Positions 57,948 to 64,000 of a DNA stretch of 64,000 nucleotides are shown piece by piece. Position numbers and translations under genes: made by a program. Source of the DNA: Scyliorhinus canicula (lineage: Eukaryota). Location: NCBI RefSeq assembly GCF_902713615.1, contig NC_052147.1, forward strand, positions 166,946,410 to 167,010,409, given 5' to 3'. The notes beneath the pieces were generated by a model. The model saw only the letters and a list, made by a program, of their open reading frames with translations. It did no database searches and was not told the DNA's origin. Within the stretch, counting starts at the first letter, position 1. Each line of letters begins with the position of its first letter.

Positions 57948-60498
57948 TGTAATAATATGCATAAGGCAAGTTTGCACATAAGTTATGCATGACCTCCTAC
58001 CATTAAGTGGCGTGGTAAACCCACCACGTGACCATGTGGTCTGGAAGTTGGGAGTAGGTCGTGCTGGGAGACAGACGTGTTTGCAGTAATTCCATAATAG
58101 TTGGTCAGTGTTAGTTATCATGCAGTTATTCTACAATAAATTATTATATACTAAATATCTGTAGTTCATCATTCACTTCGGCCAGTGTACAGAACATGAC
58201 ATAGTACCAGGATTGATGATTTAACAAGAACTCGAAGATTCTGCACAAAACAACCTGACCCACTGAAGATAACTTTGCAGGATAAGAAAGGAAATGAATC
58301 TTTGCAACTAACCTTGCAAGCTAATGGCATTGTGTGCTCAATGCGAGGTAAAACTTCGAAGCCTGGAATGGAAGGTATCAATGCACCTCAACAGCTTCAG
58401 TTTACCGGTAATGTAGGTGAGAATTGAAGGGTGTTTATGCAACAGTTTAAACGGTATGTTACAGCCCTTGATCCGCAGGCGCAGCCCAATGAGTGGTGCA
58501 TCGCACTGATGCTCACTGTAGCAGAGTCCCCATGCAATTGAGATCTACAATACTTTTGCATTTGAAAATGAGGCTGACAGCAAAAGCTTCGAAGAAATGC
58601 TTCAACAATTCAATCAGCATTGCTCCACTAGAAAAAACGAAACCTTCAAGCCCTCTATATTTCGTACGCGCCCTCAGAATGCATGAGAGGTATTCAAAAG
58701 CTTCCTCACTGACTTGAGAGAGAAAGTGCAGTTGTGCAATGTCAGCACACTCCACTCATCAATGATACGAGACCAGATAGTTTTCGGAATCTCCAATAAT
58801 AAAGTGCGCGAGCGGCTGCTGCGGGAAACAGACCTATAACTTAAAAGTGCAATTCAAGTGCCACACTAGTAAGCTTGTTGCAAAGCAGCTCGACACGCTG
58901 AATCTCCGTAGTTTTGGTGCAAAGGCAGAAAAGGCGACAGATGCCATTAGTGTGGTGACGCAACTGAATAAGAAACGTGCTCCCAGTGTGGGTGGCCATT
59001 TTGAGCGGCCGCACAGATACTCCATTTTGTGTCCGCGATGTGGCAAACGGCATATGCCACAGCAATGCCCAGCTTATGGCAAAATATGTGCTATCTGCAA
59101 TGGCAGAATCATTTTGCCACCCAATGTCATACAAGGAAAAGGCCTGAATAAACAAAGAGTGTCAGTGCCATTGATGAGGTGTGTCTAGAGAACACATTCT
59201 TTGTAAACGTGATCTCCAGCAAATACAAGGAGACTTAAGTCATATCAAACAGAACTATATTTGTATCAATCTGCAGCAATAGTGAATTGAAGGCAGATAA
59301 TTGTAAAGACAAATGGCCAGTGCCATTAAAGATAAATAAAGTCAAGCTTGATACTGGTGTGAGAGCCAACCTCATCAACCTGTCTGTTTTAAAATGCTGC
59401 GAATTCAGACAAAAAATAGTTCCCATAATGGTATTATTAAGGGATTATAATAGTAACGAAATCTCGTTGTTAGGAGCTTGATGTCAATGTCAAAACCAAA
59501 AGATATAAGTTGAAATTTTCTGTCGTAGCGGCAGACCACGAGTTCCTAATTAGAGTTGAGGCGTGTGAAGAGCTACAGCTTCTCCAATGAGTCGATAGTG
59601 CAGACAATGCTACGACAGGCTTTTATCCCTCGGAAGACTCCAAATTGAATGATTTTCTTGATATTTTCCAAGGTCTTGGTACGTTACCAAAATAGTACAA
59701 GACTCGATTGAAGAAAGATGCAAAGCCTGTGATTCATGTGCCGAGACATGGGCCGGTGCCATTAAGGGATAAACTCAAGTCAGAGTTAGAGAGAATGACT
59801 ACCTTGGGTATCATTAAACATATTGAAGCTCCTACCAACTGGGTTTATTTAATGGTATGTGTAAAGAAGCAATAAAGAACCTCCACAATGGATGACCTGT
59901 ATTGACGGTATCACCAAAAGAGATGAATTTAAGAAGGACCCAATGTTACAGAAGGTAAACAAATATCTTCTCGAAGGATGGCCCAGAGAATCCTACTCAT
60001 ATTCAGCAACATGAGAGTGGAGTTGAGTGAGCACAATGGAAAAATCAAACACAAACCATAAATATTAAAGAACATGAAGACAGTTCAGCAGACACTGAGA
60101 AGATCCACAAGAATAAGACGCAAGCCAGAAAGACTGAACTTGTAACAGACTGTAAAGTAAAACAAAAAATATCTGAACACGTATATAGTTATCCAAATGA
60201 TGATGAAATGTAAAAGGTAATTTAATGCTTGTAAATAATTTTCTTTTACAAAGGAAAGGGAATGGGATGGTATGCATAAGGCAAGTTTTTACATAATGTT
60301 ATGCGCGACCTCCAACCACTAGGCAGCATTGTAAACCCATCACGTGACCCTGTGATCTGGGAGTTGGAAGTAGGTCGTGTTGGGAGATAGATGTATTTGC
60401 AGTAGTTCCACAATAGTTGTTTAGTGTCAGTTGTTCATTATTTAATTTATATCTTAGTTATCTTATCATGCATTTGTTTGATAATAAATTATTTTAAA
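57948..60498 (+). mobile_element. Second, older, internally deleted Gypsy element
   Basis: LTRs 57948-58201 and 60263-~60498 (truncated), PBS TAGTACCAGGA, PPT AAAGGAAAGGGAA, gag MEGINAPQQLQFTGNV, protease KLDTG. Confidence 0.82.
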
Positions 60499-60619
60499 CG
60501 CATTTCACGCCCGGCTCCAAGGAAGCGAGTCGGGCTTCTTACCCACTTAAAGTTTGAGGATAGGTTGAGATCGTTTCGGCCCCAAGACCTCTAATCATTC
60601 GCTTTACCGGGTAAAACTG
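60499..60619 (-). pseudogene. 28S rRNA fragment (dispersed pseudogene or assembly artefact)
   Basis: Reverse complement contains GGTAAAGCGAATGATTAGAGGTCTTGGGGCCGAAACGATCTCAACCTAT..CAAACTTTAA.TGGGTAAGAAGCCCG, which is recognisable conserved eukaryotic LSU rRNA sequence. It abuts the N gap. Confidence 0.88.
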
Positions 60620-60756
60620 NNNNNNNNNNNNNNNNNNNNNNNNNNNNNNNNNNNNNNNNNNNNNNNNNNNNNNNNNNNNNNNNNNNNNNNNNNNNNNNNN
60701 NNNNNNNNNNNNNNNNNNNNNNNNNNNNNNNNNNNNNNNNNNNNNNNNNNNNNNNN
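60620..60756. other. Assembly gap (Ns)
   Basis: Run of n. Confidence 1.
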
Positions 60757-61455
60757 GCAAAAAAGTTGGTTTATAGGTGCAGCAGGTGATTAAGAAGGCA
60801 AATGGAATTTTGTCCTTCATTGCTAGAGGGATGGAGTTTAAGACTAGGGAGGTTATGCTGCAATTGTATAAGGTGTTAGTGAGGCCACACCTGGAGTATT
60901 GTGTTCAGTTTTGGTCTCCTTACCTGAGAAAGGGTGTACTGGCACGGGAGGATGTGCAGAGGAGATTCACTAGGTTAATCCCAGAGCTGAAGGGGTTGGA
61001 TTACGAGGAGAGGTTGAGTAGACTGGGACTGTACTTGTTGGAATTTAGAATGATGAGGGGGGACCTTATAGAAACATATAAAATTATGAAGGGAATAGAT
61101 AGGATAGATACTGGTAGGTTGTTTCCACTGGCGGGTGAAAGCAAAACTAGGGGGCATAGCCTCAAAATAAGGGGAAGTAGATTTAGGACTGAGTTTAGGA
61201 GGAACTTCTTCACCCAAAGGGTTGTGAATCTATGGAATTCCTTGCCCAGTGAAGCAGTTGAGTCTCCTTCATTAAAAGTTTTAAAGATAAAGATAGATAG
61301 TTTTTTGAAGAATAAAGGGATTAAGGGTTATGGTGTTCAGGCCGGAAAATGGAGCTGAGTCCACAAAAGATCAGCCATGATCTCATTGAATGGTGGAGCA
61401 GGCTCGAGGGGCCATATGGCCTACTCCTGCTCCTAGTTCTTATGTTCTTATGTTC
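60757..61455 (+). mobile_element. 3' part of a CR1-like LINE
   Basis: ORF 60777-61358 is the ORF2 C-terminus; (TTCTTATG)n tail; same subfamily as 31086-32745. Confidence 0.92.
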
Positions 61456-61979
61456 TGCAGTTCATCATTCATTTCGGCTTGTCTACAGAACCATGACATG
61501 GTGCACACCAGATGGTGTCCCATGAGTCTGTTCGCTAAAATGCCTAACCGAGGTGAGTGTCTCTGGGATGGTTGAGGGTGATGGAGACAGCTGTGTTGGA
61601 AATCAGTGTCATCCTCGGACTCCAGCTCCGGGGTGTCTTGGGTCACAAGAATATGACTCCCATCCATGCTGCTCTCCTCATCTTGCTCAGCACACAAGGG
61701 GTTCAGGTAGTGCCACTGGCTGGGGGCAGGGGACCCCATATGGACCCGTCACATCCCAAGCAGGTCCTGCAAGACACAGGACAAGATGCATGATTAGACT
61801 GCGGGCCGGGGGGGAGTGGGGGTTGTGGGGGTGAGAGTGAGGGTGTGGATGAGGGTGAGGGTTGGGGAGAAGGTGGGGGTGAGGGTGGTGTGAGGTTGAG
61901 GGTGCGGGTGAGTGTGACGGTGGTGTGGGGGTGGTGTTGCCGTGGGTTGACATATGTGGCATGGAAAATCACAACTCAG

Positions 61980-62603
61980 CGGGGTCTCATTTCCTTGCCC
62001 ATGAACGATCTCCATCCTGGTGATCGCCCTTTCCTGGGACCGTCGACCACATCCAGGGCCCTCTGCTGAGTCATGGTGAGGGGCCCAAGGTCCGGCGGTC
62101 CCCTCATCAGCTCCCGGCGGTTATGGGCGGCCTTCCCCTGGGAGGAGGGGGGAACAGAAAACGACAGTGTTAGACAGTCCAATGCATGCAGCCCAGGAGG
62201 TGGAGCTGGTAGCATCAGAGGCCAGGGCAACTGGCCATGGCGGTCGGTGTGGGTGCTGACATGTGGTGCAGGATGGGGGTTCGAGCACCCTCCGGGTGGA
62301 TGGAAGGGGGGTTAGGGCTACGGGTGTGTGGGACCGGGGTTAGTGCCAGAGGCACAGTGTTGCCTACTCACCTTGGCCACCCTGAAGTGCTGGTGCAGTT
62401 TTTTACAGCACTACTGGCCGGTCTGAATGATGTTGCTGGTGGCGATGAATACCTCTGCGCCTGTGCCCAGGCATGGTGAATGGCGGACCTGACAGCCTCC
62501 TTCCCAGGCCGGGGTACAAGGTGGGCCACCTCTTCTCCACCACATCCAGGAGGATCCCTCGCTCAACGTCCATGAAACGGGGTACCAATCTGCTCACTGC
62601 CAT
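61980..62603 (-). pseudogene. Harbinger Myb/SANT-like DNA-binding gene, first exons (62603-62372 and 62137-~61980)
   Basis: MAVSRLVPRFMDVERGILLDVVEKRWPTLYP; GTGAGT donor at 62371; CAG acceptor at 62138; GKAAHNRRE..GPPDL.PLT..QQRAL; frameshifted. Confidence 0.7.
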
Positions 62604-64000
62604 CTTGTTGGCTGGGATGGTGTGTGTGGGGAGTGAAGTGTGTATATGCGGCTGCAACTTGTCAGCCTCCTGAGTGTCAATCACGAATCCAGCACTGTTT
62701 CTCACTGGAATCGATTGTGTTCCATGTGGTGCCAGTGCTAGCCCCTTAACAATAGGCTGGGGTCTGTCGACTCGTAGAGGGCTGGCCTGGGGTGGAGTTG
62801 GGGAGGGGGGGGGCACCCATACAGCCGGTGGCACTCTGCACATCTAAGGACCACAGTTGGCTGTCCATGGGGTGAGCAGCCAGATGGCTGCCTTGCAGGC
62901 CATGCAAATGGTGGTCCGTACCCGGACACTCCAGTCATAGGGGGACACGCCGATCTCAGGGCCGTTCGCATGGTCGCTCCCTGCTACTCCCCCCCAGTCT
63001 GGGCAGACATTCCTGGCCAGCTGCCCAATTAGCAGTTCACCATTGAGCCTTTAGTAACTTGGCTTACCTTCTCTCTCCCACATCGCCCACAGCGCCTGTT
63101 CCCAATTTTAAGTAGAACAAGTGAACTGCGCTGTCGTCAATTCCGCTTGGCAGAGGCGGAGAATTGTGTGGAGAATACCACGTCAGGCCCGTTCATGATA
63201 TGCTAATGGCCATTACTGTACAATTTACATGCCCACGCTGGCACCCAGTGTGGACCGCTTTCATGCCGCATAGAGACGTCGGAGCATGGCGATTCGTTAA
63301 ATGCCCAGTGCGGATCTCAATTATCGACTGATAGAGATTCACGATTCCGGCATCGCTGGAGGGAGAATCCCGCCCGTGATCTTTTTTTGATCCTAGATCC
63401 TTTCCAGAACATTCAATGGTGGCAGCCATCTTGCTCCACCCAGAGGTTTAAACAATCACGCAAGTGTATAAGGATCAATGAACCAGTCAAGCCAATTAAA
63501 CATAAATGAAAGAAACCATTAAACGTTACAATAACCTCTCCTACAACAAATGATTGAATAATTCACTCACTTTGCCTACACTGAGCTTCAGAATGTCAGC
63601 TTTGGTGAAAGAATATGTGATTTTGTCATGTATTTGATATCAGTAGATTTGTATCTCGTGAACAGAGACATCCCGAGCCTTTTTCCTTCGCCACTGATTT
63701 TTTAAAGTAACAATTGAAGACTCCAGCTCTGCTCTCTAAGTACATGCATTTTAAATATGACTTTCGCCCCACTACTATTGGTTTTGACCCCAACTCCCAT
63801 CTGTCTTGCTATTTTTCTGTTTACTTCTGTTCCAAGGTGACTTCAGCTAACCTGAAACTTAGAACAAAATGAAAGATAGAATGGAAGGAAAAGGACAGTC
63901 TTTAAAATATGAAATAAATACCACCCCCCAACATTGCAGTTGCAATGTCATGAAATAGGTACATGCAGTGATAACATATCATGGGTGTTGGAGCACAATC

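Larger units (their letters stand above)
43567..63375. mobile_element. Decayed autonomous-type PIF/Harbinger element expanded to ~20 kb by nested insertions
   Basis: Termini GGGCATGATTCTCC and GGAGAATCCCGCCC; + strand DDE transposase remnant and convergent minus-strand Myb/SANT-like gene remnant. TSD is not recognisable, so this could be two elements. Confidence 0.6.

Noticed and set aside
60499-60619. Functional rDNA unit
   Set aside because: Only 121 bp, fused to an LTR, with no downstream rRNA continuation.
54600-62603. Domesticated HARBI1/NAIF1-type host genes
   Set aside because: Many frameshifts, stops and insertions, TIRs present, and several related decayed copies in the same window.

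Overview
Vertebrate genomic DNA, almost certainly from a cartilaginous fish (shark): it carries HE1/V-type tRNA-derived SINEs, CR1/HER1-type LINEs and shark-type gamma-crystallins. The left 39 kb is a head-to-tail tandem array of lens gamma-crystallin genes on the + strand, spaced about 12-14 kb apart. There are three complete 3-exon genes (ATG at 10840, 22891 and 36744; 175 aa each) plus the last codons of a fourth at 1-35. Two of the three complete genes use a GC-AG first intron, and the exons look homogenised by gene conversion. Almost everything else is transposon-derived. This includes a ~20 kb nested block (43567-63375) in which a decayed Harbinger element holds a full-length Gypsy element, which itself holds an intact two-ORF CR1 LINE. 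Also present are a second Gypsy, solo LTRs, Harbinger MITEs, Penelope pieces, many SINEs and a 28S rRNA fragment beside an assembly gap. The strongest leads are: (i) a U-UUA-AAC slippery site at the ORF1/ORF2 overlap of the intact CR1, whose ORF2 has no usable AUG (candidate -1 ribosomal frameshift); (ii) a perfect 72-bp-arm palindrome with a hammerhead ribozyme core inserted just upstream of a crystallin promoter; (iii) crystallin exon 2 paralogues that differ only at amino-acid-changing sites. All alignments and counts were done by eye; no database searches were run.
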